The notes under the pieces: generated by a model
Database searches by the model: none
Told to the model about the DNA's origin: nothing
What the model saw: only the letters and a program-made list of their open reading frames with translations
Translations under genes and position numbers: made by a program
From: Gammaproteobacteria bacterium
GTDB lineage: Bacteria > Pseudomonadota > Gammaproteobacteria > CAJXQU01
Direction of reading: 5' to 3'
Length of the DNA: 64,000 nt
Assembly (NCBI GenBank): GCA_965238175.1
Contig: CBDEGZ010000003.1
Location: 352,001-416,000, forward strand
Shown: piece by piece, positions 1 to 11,114 of the stretch
Layout: each line of letters opens with the position of its first letter
Numbering within the stretch: the first letter of the stretch is position 1

Positions 1-1
1 T

Positions 2-77
<76 letters not shown>

Positions 78-96
78 TAAGTTAAGTGTGGGTATT

Positions 97-897
97 TTAT
101 TGATCTGAACCAAGAAGTGCAATCGTCTTACAGTCTATATTTACAGTTTTTGTTGTATTTGATAGTTTAGGTAGAGTCTGATCGCTATTAACTTGGATAT
201 CCAACCACAAAAGTTTGGTGATTTTATGCTGAGGAACAACAACCGGGTTGTAACCCACTCTTTTCAACTCAACCACACGTTTGTTGACTGCCCTCTGCCT
301 ACTAAACAAACCGAGTGAAATGGCATTTTTCATATTGCCTTTCCCAATCAAGTAATAATTCTTAAGTCCCTTTCTCTTAAGTTCTTGAAATTGTGCTTTT
401 GCTTTTGCCTCAGTTTGAGGCGCCAAGTAGACCCAGTATCTTTCGCTGGTACGTTTTTCTTCAGTGCGTTTCCTGTATGGAATGTTGTTAGATTGCAGCC
501 ATTTATTGAGTTCCATAACATCTATGTCAGATTGATAGGGGCCTATCGACAAACAAGTACCGACAGAATCGAAAGGTAACTCTTCATTTTTTACCACCTC
601 CGTTGATTCAGATTTTATCGATTCAGCTTGTGTTGTATTTTGCTGAATCATTTCTAATTGTTCTAAATCAAATGGATCTGAATCACTTTCCAACTCTGTT
701 TCTATGACACGCAGTTCTTTACGCAACGCAGGTAATTCTTTCAGCTCGCTCAGCAAAACAAGGGACTTAGCAGAATTTTTTACATCTTTATGGCTGACCC
801 TCGTTGCAGGAGTGGATTTCTCCAAACTGCTATTGATTTTCAAACCGCAATAGCTAACATTCGTTAGTAAAAGGAGAATTGTTATCCATTTCATCAT
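97..897 (-). CDS. SPOR-domain-containing membrane-anchored protein
   Basis: N-terminal hydrophobic stretch; C-terminal CxSIGPY...YWVYL...NAISLGLFS pattern; usual position between coaX and tRNA-Thr. Confidence 0.75.
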   Translation of the reverse strand: MMKWITILLLLTNVSYCGLKINSSLEKSTPATRVSHKDVKNSAKSLVLLSELKELPALRKELRVIETELESDSDPFDLEQLEMIQQNTTQAESIKSESTEVVKNEELPFDSVGTCLSIGPYQSDIDVMELNKWLQSNNIPYRKRTEEKRTSERYWVYLAPQTEAKAKAQFQELKRKGLKNYYLIGKGNMKNAISLGLFSRQRAVNKRVVELKRVGYNPVVVPQHKITKLLWLDIQVNSDQTLPKLSNTTKTVNIDCKTIALLGSDQ

Positions 898-899
898 TG

Positions 900-1655
900 T
901 TATTTTGAACTCAGCATTAGCCCTTGCAGAACGAGAGTGGGCTTATGACGCAATTTTATTGCAAACACTGACAGATCAAGATCTTTAACCACCAACTCGG
1001 CATCTCCACCAGTGATAATGTACTCCATATTAGATTCGTGTTGTTGCGCTATTTTTGTAAGCATGTACTCAATCCCACCAATAAATTGATGATAACAACC
1101 AGATTTGATCGCCGCTTCAGTATCATTCGAAAGCAATGTAAGTTCTTCACATTTCTGTACTGATAAAGCATAAGTATGATCTGTCAGTGCACGTTCACAC
1201 AAAGTTAGTCCTGGCGCAATAACGCCCCCCCGATGCCAACCTGAGGAATCGACCACATCAATAGTAATAGCAGAACCACAGTCAATTATACAAACATTGC
1301 TTTTGACAATATCCCAGCCTGCGAGCATAGCCAGCCAACGATCAATTCCAAGCTTTTGTGCATCTGGATAACTATTTTTTACTCCACAACCTTGTTTGGT
1401 AACTTTTGCAAAACTCGGGTTCATTTGCCAATTTTCTTTACACCAGTTACAAATGATTTTGCCGATCTTTTTCCCAGCAACATTAGAGATATACACGGCA
1501 TTAATCTGTTCAAGTTTCCCCCAATAAGAATTTAGAATTTTCTCAAGATCATTTTCAAGCCATGCATGTACTTCTTGTTCACCAAGTACATCATTCTCAG
1601 CGAGAGCCCATTTTATTCGGCTATTTCCCACATCGACTAATAATATGTTTTGCAT
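900..1655 (-). CDS. coaX: Type III pantothenate kinase
   Basis: LLVDVGNSRIKW, LGIDRW, IIDCGSAITID, GGVIAPG, ITGGDA, LVLQGL motifs; downstream of birA. Confidence 0.95.
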   Translation of the reverse strand: MQNILLVDVGNSRIKWALAENDVLGEQEVHAWLENDLEKILNSYWGKLEQINAVYISNVAGKKIGKIICNWCKENWQMNPSFAKVTKQGCGVKNSYPDAQKLGIDRWLAMLAGWDIVKSNVCIIDCGSAITIDVVDSSGWHRGGVIAPGLTLCERALTDHTYALSVQKCEELTLLSNDTEAAIKSGCYHQFIGGIEYMLTKIAQQHESNMEYIITGGDAELVVKDLDLSVFAIKLRHKPTLVLQGLMLSSK

Positions 1656-1673
1656 TCGTTTTTTGATCTGCTT

Positions 1674-2648
1674 TTAAACTAGTCTCAAACTTACTTCACC
1701 ACTCATAAACGTTCTTAGCTCACCATTGATTTCGACACTGATAGAACCATCATTATTGATACCTCGAGAAAACCCTCTCTGTTCTACCTGGCATAAAACA
1801 ACACTCACTGGTTTATTGATCAGTAAATCATACTGACGCCATTCTTCGCGAATACTTTCTAAACCATTTTGTTCGACAGTTTGCAAAAGAAGAAAAATCT
1901 CTGAGATCAACATAGCGGCAATTTGACTACGCGCCGGTACTGAATCTAAATGTTGATCAAGACTCGTCCATGGCTGATCAATGTTAGCCAACATAACCGT
2001 TCTATTATAAACATTAATACCCATTCCGATGACAATGCTTTGGATATCCGATTGACTCGATGCTATTTCGATCAAAATTCCAGCAAGTTTATCACCCTCA
2101 CAATAAACATCATTTGGCCACTTTGCACCAATATTTTGTAAGCCCATTGATTTTAGAACTCTAATTAAAGCAACAGCAGGTAATAAACTAATTAATTGTA
2201 ATTGATCAACCTTTTGCTGAAGTTGCCATCCTATTGATAAACAAAGTCCTGCAGCAAACGGCGCTACCCACTGTCGTCCTTGTCGTCCACGACCCTCAGT
2301 TTGATATTCAGCCAGACACACTCTGCCATGTTGTTGATCTTTAGTTAAATTGAGTAATAATGAATTTGTAGAATCAATAACACTCTCTAGCTCAACAGCA
2401 GATATAAATCGAGCAGTATCCTCAGAGATTTCTGATCTAACTTGAACATTATCAAGCAAATCTAGCGGGTATTTTAGTTGGCAAGAAACAGGATCTAACT
2501 TTTTAAACTCTAGACCACAATCATTGAAAAACTGTAACCGTTGAAACTCCTTAGTACTGAGATCAATTGTTTTAACATGTGAAAGTTTGTGAAGAAGAAA
2601 CTGGTCTGATTTGGATTGGTTTACGTCAACCTTTTTTTGTTTCTTCAT
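1674..2648 (-). CDS. birA: Biotin--protein ligase
   Basis: DSTN, AEYQTEGRGRQGRQW, KWPND, KLAGILIE, SGEVSLR; start placed at MKKQKK (2648), ORF track extends to 2702. Confidence 0.92.
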   Translation of the reverse strand: MKKQKKVDVNQSKSDQFLLHKLSHVKTIDLSTKEFQRLQFFNDCGLEFKKLDPVSCQLKYPLDLLDNVQVRSEISEDTARFISAVELESVIDSTNSLLLNLTKDQQHGRVCLAEYQTEGRGRQGRQWVAPFAAGLCLSIGWQLQQKVDQLQLISLLPAVALIRVLKSMGLQNIGAKWPNDVYCEGDKLAGILIEIASSQSDIQSIVIGMGINVYNRTVMLANIDQPWTSLDQHLDSVPARSQIAAMLISEIFLLLQTVEQNGLESIREEWRQYDLLINKPVSVVLCQVEQRGFSRGINNDGSISVEINGELRTFMSGEVSLRLV

Positions 2649-3735
2649 TTTTATGACTAATTGATATTGACGAAAAGCGCCCCATTTCCGCGAGTCTATC
2701 ACCTTTACTCGTCAACTCTAGATTGGAACTCTGAGATGAAGGATCCTCGTGGCTTTCATTAAAAAAATCACCCAGCGCTTTCATCACATTTTCATCCATA
2801 TCGGGTAGTAATGGCTTTTTAAGAAATGTACTTTCACTTATATTTTTCTGGCTTTTATTTTGCTCTTCGTAATCAGGCCTTATTTCAGGCGGTCCATCCA
2901 AGTCTTCCGCATAAAGACGCATTGTTTTATCATCATCAGGACTCCTGAATAATTGAACTGTCATATCTTGGGTATTCTTACGTATTTCCTGCTCAGGTAA
3001 ATCTTGATCATCTACTTTTAAATTTGCAATTTCTACAGGTAAATCTTCTCTTGAAATAATTTTATCAGATCGATACTTTTCTTCAGAGTCCTTTGGTTGC
3101 TGCTTTATTTCAATCATATTATTGGTTGATTTTACCTGTTTTAGCAAAACATCATCAGATCGAAATACTGGCTCAACTTCTGAAAAAACTGTCACCTTAG
3201 GCAGCGTAATATCAAGCTTGGTACGATCTAAATCTTCGGAAAGTTGTTCAACAAATTGAAAAGTAAACTTATGGAATTTGAGATGATCACCATCAGCTAG
3301 CCGATGACTTTTTTCGATACGTTCACCATTAACATAAGAGCCATTTACACTGCCTTGATCTTGTAACCAATAAGCTCCTTTCTCATATTTGATCATAGCG
3401 TGTCGGCGACCTACGGTAGACTCCGGGATTACGAGCGAATCATACTCACGACTATTTGCTTTTAACCTGCCTATCATCATCGGCATTTTTGTGATCCGAT
3501 ATTGCTCAGATCCGGTACACTGATGTATATCGATCAACGCAATTTCAGTCCCTTCTACCCGAAGATTTTCTTCAGGTTCATAGCTATTTGGTTGTCGATT
3601 AAATTGTCTAAAAGTGATCAAGGTTAGAATAGCGAACACAATAAAAACCGTCACCGCAATAAACAACCAGACGTGTGCGCCGGATAAGTTTTGAATATTA
3701 CTTTGAAGGTTATTTATTAGTTGCTGGTAATCCAT
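2626..3735 (-). CDS. FHA-domain protein with N-terminal TM helix and acidic low-complexity C-terminus
   Basis: IGR...TVGRRHAMI...LQDQGSVNGSYVNG FHA signature after one hydrophobic helix. Confidence 0.85.
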   Translation of the reverse strand: MDYQQLINNLQSNIQNLSGAHVWLFIAVTVFIVFAILTLITFRQFNRQPNSYEPEENLRVEGTEIALIDIHQCTGSEQYRITKMPMMIGRLKANSREYDSLVIPESTVGRRHAMIKYEKGAYWLQDQGSVNGSYVNGERIEKSHRLADGDHLKFHKFTFQFVEQLSEDLDRTKLDITLPKVTVFSEVEPVFRSDDVLLKQVKSTNNMIEIKQQPKDSEEKYRSDKIISREDLPVEIANLKVDDQDLPEQEIRKNTQDMTVQLFRSPDDDKTMRLYAEDLDGPPEIRPDYEEQNKSQKNISESTFLKKPLLPDMDENVMKALGDFFNESHEDPSSQSSNLELTSKGDRLAEMGRFSSISISHKNEETKKG

Positions 3736-3747
3736 GTTAGTGGGCGA

Positions 3748-4593
3748 CTACTCTTCTCCTGTTGCAACTGGCCGGGCGGGATCTGAACTCCATTCGCTCC
3801 AGGAACCACAATAAAGTTTTGGCTCATCAAGACCCGCATGAACTACTGCAAAAATATTATGGCAGGCTGTAACACCAGAACCACAATAAAAGACTGTTTG
3901 CGCTGAAAATTTTCCATTCTGATTCTGATCAAATAATCGAATAAAATTTTCAGCCAAAATTTCTGGCGCAAGGAATGAACCATTTTCGTCGAGATTATTT
4001 TTCCAAAAATGATTGATCGCCCCAGGGATATGACCTGCAGCTCGGTCAATAGACACTAGCTTTCCTTGATAACGATCCGGATCGCGTGAATCAACTAATT
4101 GCGACACATCTGCAAGCTGATCAATAACAACCAATCGTTCTGATTCTGCCTGACCTGAAAAAGTGACCGCTGTATTCTTAATCTCACCAGATTCAGTTGC
4201 TCTTTGTTCTCTCTGCCAACGTCCCCATCCACCATCGAGTACCGCGACTGCATCATGTTGCATATAACGCAGCATCCACCATAGGCGTGCACAAAAAGCG
4301 CCTCCCATATCGTCATACACTACAACTTGTTTGCTAGAATCTATCCCCAAGCTAGAAAAAGTTTCAATCATTGATTCAGGTGACGGCATTGGGTGACGCC
4401 CACAATCAGTGACAGGCTTACCACTTAATGCCTTACTGACACTGGCATACACAGCACCGGGAATATGCGACGATAACCACGCTTGCTCACCAGCAGCGCT
4501 GTTCGTTAAATCATAGCGGCAATCGACAATTACCCAATCGGGACTATCGAGATTCTGAGCCAATGTTTTACAGTCTATTAAGGTCTTGAACAT
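3748..4593 (-). CDS. Tandem-rhodanese sulfurtransferase (SseA/MPST-like)
   Basis: HIPGA twice, GRHPMP, RLWWML, VLDGG, active-site YCGSGVTAC, YCGSWSEW. Confidence 0.93.
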   Translation of the reverse strand: MFKTLIDCKTLAQNLDSPDWVIVDCRYDLTNSAAGEQAWLSSHIPGAVYASVSKALSGKPVTDCGRHPMPSPESMIETFSSLGIDSSKQVVVYDDMGGAFCARLWWMLRYMQHDAVAVLDGGWGRWQREQRATESGEIKNTAVTFSGQAESERLVVIDQLADVSQLVDSRDPDRYQGKLVSIDRAAGHIPGAINHFWKNNLDENGSFLAPEILAENFIRLFDQNQNGKFSAQTVFYCGSGVTACHNIFAVVHAGLDEPKLYCGSWSEWSSDPARPVATGEE

Positions 4594-4670
4594 AATTATT
4601 TTACATTTATTAACATAATAATAACCGATATTTCTAATTTTTCCGCATTAATTTCATGTTATTTTGAGCT

Positions 4671-5777
4671 ATGCAACATATCTATATGATAAATAAACGC
4701 CTATTAGCAGTAAATCTCTTAATAATCTCGTATCTCATCAGTAGCTGTTCAACAATTGGCTATTATTCGCAATCAATTCGTGGCCAGTTATCTGTCATGT
4801 CAAAACGAGTATCAATAGATGAGTTGATAGAACACCCAGATACATCCAATCAGAAAAAAGCCGTATTGGAAAATATTCTACAAATACGTCAGTTTGCCAG
4901 CAATAAATTACACCTGCCTTACAATAACAGTTACAGCACCTATGTTGACTTAGACGAAGATTATGTCGTCTGGAATGTCTTTGCGACCCCCGAATTTTCG
5001 TTAACGCCTGTCAGCTCCTGTTTTTTGATCGTCGGCTGCCTTCAATATAAAGGTTTTTTTGCAAAACAAGATGCTATCGATTTTGCAAATCAATTACGAG
5101 AATCCGGACACGATGTTTTTGTCGGCGGGGTAACAGCCTATTCTACACTTGGTTGGTTTGACGATCCTATATTAAGCTCAATGTTGACCTATGGAGAATT
5201 TCGTCTTGCAGAAGTCATCTTCCATGAGCTGGCCCATCAACTTATATATATTAAGGACGATTCTGGCTTCAACGAAGCCTTCGCCACCGCCATTGGTGAA
5301 ATTGGGGTTCGGCGATGGCTACAGGATAATCACCGTGATGCCGAACTGGAAAATTTTGAGAGGAACAGGCAATGGGATTTCGAGTTTATCCAAATAGTTC
5401 TGACCAGCAAAGAAAAACTGGATAAGCTATTTGGATTAGATCAAGATCAAAAAACACCACAGACCCAAGAACAATTAAGACTAAAAAAACAAATGATCTA
5501 TGACAAGTTACGCACTGATTATTCAGCACTAAAATCAGCTTGGGAGAATCCACCGAACTACGATAAATGGATGCAGAACGATCTTAATAATGCCAAGGTC
5601 GCATCGATCGTCACATATCATGATCTGACAGAGTCGTTCGAAAAATTATTAACGCTTTCAAACAATGACCTAACCCTTTTCTATCAACGTGTACGCCATC
5701 TAGGAATACTATCAGAACAAGAACGTCATGCCTGTCTTGAAAATATGACTATCTACTCTCACTGTTATAGTGACTAG
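4671..5777 (+). CDS. Putative zinc aminopeptidase, probable lipoprotein
   Basis: ISSC lipobox-like, AYSTLGWFDDP, HELAH zincin motif, FNEAFAT. Confidence 0.85.
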   Translation: MQHIYMINKRLLAVNLLIISYLISSCSTIGYYSQSIRGQLSVMSKRVSIDELIEHPDTSNQKKAVLENILQIRQFASNKLHLPYNNSYSTYVDLDEDYVVWNVFATPEFSLTPVSSCFLIVGCLQYKGFFAKQDAIDFANQLRESGHDVFVGGVTAYSTLGWFDDPILSSMLTYGEFRLAEVIFHELAHQLIYIKDDSGFNEAFATAIGEIGVRRWLQDNHRDAELENFERNRQWDFEFIQIVLTSKEKLDKLFGLDQDQKTPQTQEQLRLKKQMIYDKLRTDYSALKSAWENPPNYDKWMQNDLNNAKVASIVTYHDLTESFEKLLTLSNNDLTLFYQRVRHLGILSEQERHACLENMTIYSHCYSD

Positions 5778-5804
5778 AAGCTATTGCTCCCTCTATGATC
5801 AACC

Positions 5805-6824
<1,020 letters not shown>

Positions 6825-6872
6825 CTATTCGTTTTTATTATAGTTATTTTTCCTGTGAATTTCAGCAGGACT

Positions 6873-6900
6873 AAAAAAAGGAGGCCGAAGCCTCCTGTTT
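6873..6900 (-). terminator. Rho-independent terminator downstream of 6921..7151
   Basis: AGGAGGC-CGAA-GCCTCCT hairpin with A7 on + (U-tract on -). Confidence 0.75.
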
Positions 6901-6920
6901 AAGATCGATATGATCTCAGC

Positions 6921-7151
6921 TCAAGCCACGGCCTGATTACTGGTAAATTCTGTCACCATCCTCTCCATTTGATCTTTTAATAATAATTTTTCTTTTTTCA
7001 TCTTTTCTAATGACATGTCGTCAATGGCTAGTTCTCCCTGGTTTACTTCATTCACTCGTGCATCCAGATAACGGTGCTTATCGTATAGACGTTTAAAGCT
7101 GATTTCTGAAGCTAGAAGGGTTTTGACGGCATGTGATTCGTGTTCTGACAT
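6921..7151 (-). CDS. YdcH/DUF465-family small coiled-coil protein
   Basis: FKRLYDKHRYLD...LEKMKKEKLLLKDQM; GAGGAG RBS upstream. Confidence 0.85.
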   Translation of the reverse strand: MSEHESHAVKTLLASEISFKRLYDKHRYLDARVNEVNQGELAIDDMSLEKMKKEKLLLKDQMERMVTEFTSNQAVA

Positions 7152-7410
7152 ATAATTCTCCTCGTTCGTAGAACTTGATTAAATATGTGAAACAACTGTT
7201 TCCTCATGTTGCACAGAGGTTATAGATACTTGAAACCACTATGCGATAACCCGGTTGAGGTAGAACCGACGGGTAAGTAATCATGTATTCCCGTAGTATA
7301 AATCTAGATCATGATCTCATTTTCAGCAAGGTCATTTTTTACTTGAACTTTAGAGTGTAACTTTAAATAACGAAATTTATCTGCTCACCCTTTAAAGTTA
7401 TCGCCCGCTA

Positions 7411-7425
7411 TAGGAATTTTTCCTA
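7411..7425. promoter_or_regulatory. Palindromic candidate regulator site upstream of the TonB receptor
   Basis: TAGGAA-ttt-TTCCTA inverted repeat about 100 bp before the ATG at 7526. Confidence 0.4.
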
Positions 7426-7525
7426 CCGTCTTAGGGAAAACCGCTGGCGAATTTCTATATCAGCACTGTTAGGATTCAGATCTTAAAAAGTAACTAATAA
7501 ATTTGAACACATTTTAGGAAACACT

Positions 7526-9970
7526 ATGGACAACAAACCCCTTTCAACAAGATTAGTTCTCGTGGGAACAGTATTTAGTGCTTCAATTTCAGCTACATTT
7601 TCTATTCACGCTGAAGAACCACTGAATCCAGCCACAACGATGGAATTGCCTGACCTTGATGTGGTTGGGACGACCCCTCTTCCAGGGGTTGAATTACCAA
7701 TCACAAAATATGCCGGCAACATACAAACTATTGATGCAGAAGACATCGATGAGCAAAACCCTGTCGATATGGCAGAAATCCTATTTAGAAATATAGGCAG
7801 CGTCGATATCAACTCAGCGCAAAACAACACTTTCCAAAATGACGTCAATTATCGAGGCTTTCTCGCTTCGCCACTCGTCGGTACCGCTATTGGAATATCG
7901 GTTTTTGTTGATGGGGTAAGAGTTAACGAAGGTTTTGGTGATACAGTCAACTGGGATATGATTCCAGACATGAGCCTATCAAATATTACATTGATCCCTG
8001 GCTCAAATCCTCTATTTGGTTTAAACACACTTGGTGGCGCTTTATCACTTCAAACCAAAAGTGGCTTAAATTTCCAAGGCACTGAAGTTGAGGCTATCGC
8101 AGGTTCTGATGACCGTCGAAATTTCATCGGCGAACATGGTGACCAATCTGGTAACTTTCACTGGTATGTTGCTGGTAATAGTTTCGAGGATGATGGTTGG
8201 CGTGATGAATCACAATCAGACGTTGAGCAAGTCTTCAGTAAAATCGGCTGGGACAATGGAACATCCAGTCTAGACTTGAGCGTTTCTTATGCAGACAGTG
8301 AATTAACAGGTAATGGTTTTGCTCCGGAAAGCCTATTAGATCGCGATCGTGAAGCAGTATATACACTACGTGATGACACTAACAACCGTACGCACTTTCT
8401 TAACCTCAGTGGTAGCCATTGGTTAACAGATTCATTATTGATTGGTGGTAATGTCTACCACCGTCAGTATGAGCGAGAAACCTTCAATGGCGATGCAGAA
8501 CTTGAATGTGCAGCTGAAGCAGGCGGCGATGATTTCGCACTCTTTGCTGATAGCACAGAAATCGATGATGAAGAAGAAAACCGCATTCATAATGCAAATT
8601 GTGACAATGACGATATTGTTGCATTGCATCCTGATGCGACAGTCGTTGATTTCGATGGCAATACTTCAACACCTTTTGACCCTAACATTCATGAAGCTGA
8701 ACTTGAAGTTGAAGGTGAGCGACGTAGAACCTCAACAGAAACTGATTCATGGGGTAGCACATTGCAGTTATCGCATGAAGGTGAACTAGCTGGTCGTGAC
8801 AACACATTCACTGTTGGTATGGCATATGACAAAAATGATACATCTTTCTCAGTTGCTGAAGCTGAGGCGGATATCATTGTTGAAAGCAATGGTCTTACTC
8901 GTAACACAGAAGTTGATGATGGCAGCGAATTCGGTGGTGACTTTGAAACTGATGTTGACATCGATACTGAAAGAAAGAACTGGGCAATCTACTTCACAGA
9001 TACAATCGATCTGACTGATACGGTTGCATTAACAGCCTCCGCTCGTTATCAACGTTCAGAGATTGAGATTCAAGATCGCACCGGTGAAGAAGAAAATCAG
9101 GATTTAAATGGTAAGCACAGATTTAATCGCTTAAGTCCTGCACTAGGTCTTACCTACAACCCAACTAGCAACTTAACATTATATGGGTCATATAATGAAA
9201 GCTTCCGCGCTCCAACAGCTGCTGAATTGACCTGTGCGGATCCAGAAGATCCATGTAACCTGCCTAACTCATTTGTCGCCGATCCCCCACTTGATCCTGT
9301 CATTGGTCGAACCTATGAAGTTGGTGCTCGTGGTTCAATTTCACAGTTTGGAAACATAGGTTGGAATGTTGGTATCTTCCGTACGTCATTGAAAGATGAT
9401 CTACTTTTCACAACAACACGATCTTCTGGTGCTGGTTTCTTCCAAAACGTTGATGAAACTCGACGTCAAGGCGTTGAGCTTGGCCTAACAGGTTTATCCA
9501 GTCGCTTTGGTTGGTTCATGAACTACAGCTTTATAGACGCAACATTCGAGTCTGATGAGCGTTTAGCCAGTGTCGTTGAGCCTAATGGTGTTTTCGTAAA
9601 ATCAGGTGATGAATTACCGGCTATTCCACGACATAACGTGAAAGCGGGTGTTAATTTTGCGGCCACCAATAAACTCAACGCTGGCGCTACAATGACATAT
9701 GCTTCAAGCACATATATGCGCGGCGATGAAAGTAATGATCTTTCTAAAGTCAGTGGTTACACCGTCTTCAACATGAATGCGCGTTATGAAGTAACGGATA
9801 ATGTTCAAATGTGGTTGAAAGTCGATAATGTTTTCGACAAAGAATATAGTAATTCGGGGATCAGAAACTTCAATTCATTCCCATATGATGGCGGAGAAAT
9901 CGAAGAAGAACGATTCTTATCTCCAGGCGCACCTCGCTCAGCCTGGGTTGGAATTAAAGTCACCTTCTAA
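7526..9970 (+). CDS. TonB-dependent outer-membrane receptor (resembles LutH/LanA-type receptors of methylotrophs)
   Basis: Signal peptide; plug YRGFLASPLVG...DGVRVNEGFGDTVNWDMIP...GSNPLFGLNTLGGAL; ELTCADPEDPCNLPNSFVADPPL; terminal Phe. Confidence 0.93.
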   Translation: MDNKPLSTRLVLVGTVFSASISATFSIHAEEPLNPATTMELPDLDVVGTTPLPGVELPITKYAGNIQTIDAEDIDEQNPVDMAEILFRNIGSVDINSAQNNTFQNDVNYRGFLASPLVGTAIGISVFVDGVRVNEGFGDTVNWDMIPDMSLSNITLIPGSNPLFGLNTLGGALSLQTKSGLNFQGTEVEAIAGSDDRRNFIGEHGDQSGNFHWYVAGNSFEDDGWRDESQSDVEQVFSKIGWDNGTSSLDLSVSYADSELTGNGFAPESLLDRDREAVYTLRDDTNNRTHFLNLSGSHWLTDSLLIGGNVYHRQYERETFNGDAELECAAEAGGDDFALFADSTEIDDEEENRIHNANCDNDDIVALHPDATVVDFDGNTSTPFDPNIHEAELEVEGERRRTSTETDSWGSTLQLSHEGELAGRDNTFTVGMAYDKNDTSFSVAEAEADIIVESNGLTRNTEVDDGSEFGGDFETDVDIDTERKNWAIYFTDTIDLTDTVALTASARYQRSEIEIQDRTGEEENQDLNGKHRFNRLSPALGLTYNPTSNLTLYGSYNESFRAPTAAELTCADPEDPCNLPNSFVADPPLDPVIGRTYEVGARGSISQFGNIGWNVGIFRTSLKDDLLFTTTRSSGAGFFQNVDETRRQGVELGLTGLSSRFGWFMNYSFIDATFESDERLASVVEPNGVFVKSGDELPAIPRHNVKAGVNFAATNKLNAGATMTYASSTYMRGDESNDLSKVSGYTVFNMNARYEVTDNVQMWLKVDNVFDKEYSNSGIRNFNSFPYDGGEIEEERFLSPGAPRSAWVGIKVTF

Positions 9971-9989
9971 CCAAGCATAAATCACAGCT

Positions 9990-10024
9990 AAAAAACGGGA
10001 TAAAATATTTGATCCCGTTTTTTT
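9990..10024. terminator. Bidirectional rho-independent terminator
   Basis: AAAAAACGGGAT...ATCCCGTTTTTTT between convergent genes. Confidence 0.8.
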
Positions 10025-10045
10025 ATATTCCTTTAATGTCTGTAA

Positions 10046-10903
10046 TTATAAACCGTTCAACATCGACTGAGCTGCTGCTATTTTTTCAGTACATCCTTTC
10101 ATTTCTATTTCAACAACTTCCGACGTAAATCCAAGTTTAGCTAAGGCCGGAACAGTATCCCAATCAATCTGACCTATGGGATGATCAGATCCCATATACG
10201 ATTGCAATAAAGCTACCTGAACAACATCCACCATATCTGCTTCGGGGTTTTTATTGCGACTAAAATCGGCATATTCCGTTGCAATCTCAATTAAAGACTG
10301 GGGAAAATGCCAAGCTTCAAGGATCTTTTGCCCTATTGGACTTGTTAACTTTTCAACAAGGTTATCTAACACATCTGGGTACTCTAATAATTCCGGCTGC
10401 TCATCCGCCCGCATCAACACTGGCAATGCACCAATGTTATGTATTAAACCTGCAAGCATAGTCTCATCAGAAGCGACAGTTGGACACGTAGAACCAAGCA
10501 CATGGCTGATGGCTGCAATTTGTGAATTGTACTCCCAAAGGTCACGCACTTTTTTTACTAATTTAGGGGATTTTGCATTGAACAATTGTTTCATCATCAA
10601 ACTTGTAACAAGGTTTCTGATCAGATTAACACCTAACCTTGCAACTGCCATTTGTACACTATCAACTTCTCGCTGACCACGAAACAGAGGGCTATTAGCT
10701 ACTTTAATCAATTTCGCTGATAGTGCCGCATCTGTCACGATAATATTTGCCATATCTGTAGCAGAGGCATTTGGGTCGTTAACAACGTCTCTAACCTTAA
10801 TTGCCACTTCTGGTAAAGTCGGTAGAGAAAGCTTTCCAGAATTTAGATCTTGGAGTAATTGAGTATAGAACCCTTCTTCGTTAACTGCTTCGGCAACTGT
10901 CAT
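10046..10903 (-). CDS. HDOD-domain protein
   Basis: LPTLPEVA, DAALSAKLIKVANSPLF, AVARLG, LAGLIHNIG, ILEAWHFP. Confidence 0.92.
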   Translation of the reverse strand: MTVAEAVNEEGFYTQLLQDLNSGKLSLPTLPEVAIKVRDVVNDPNASATDMANIIVTDAALSAKLIKVANSPLFRGQREVDSVQMAVARLGVNLIRNLVTSLMMKQLFNAKSPKLVKKVRDLWEYNSQIAAISHVLGSTCPTVASDETMLAGLIHNIGALPVLMRADEQPELLEYPDVLDNLVEKLTSPIGQKILEAWHFPQSLIEIATEYADFSRNKNPEADMVDVVQVALLQSYMGSDHPIGQIDWDTVPALAKLGFTSEVVEIEMKGCTEKIAAAQSMLNGL

Positions 10904-11114
10904 TTATATTTTGCTCCATACTCTCGATAATGATCTTATGTGTCAATAAACAGTCGCTGTTACAAAAGAAAACTGTAACAAACCATGAATGATCTGACTA
11001 TCAAGCAGAATGCACAGAACCTGCCAACTCAGATAAAAACCTTGGATTCCTAAAAAGCGTTAGAAATTACAATTATTTTAACCAAGAAAAATTATGAAAA
11101 TAAACTAGGTTTGT

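Noticed and set aside
7249-7274. Hairpin ACCCGGTT...AACCGACGGGT upstream of the DUF465 gene
   Set aside because: Single imperfect stem with no recognisable RNA family or second copy
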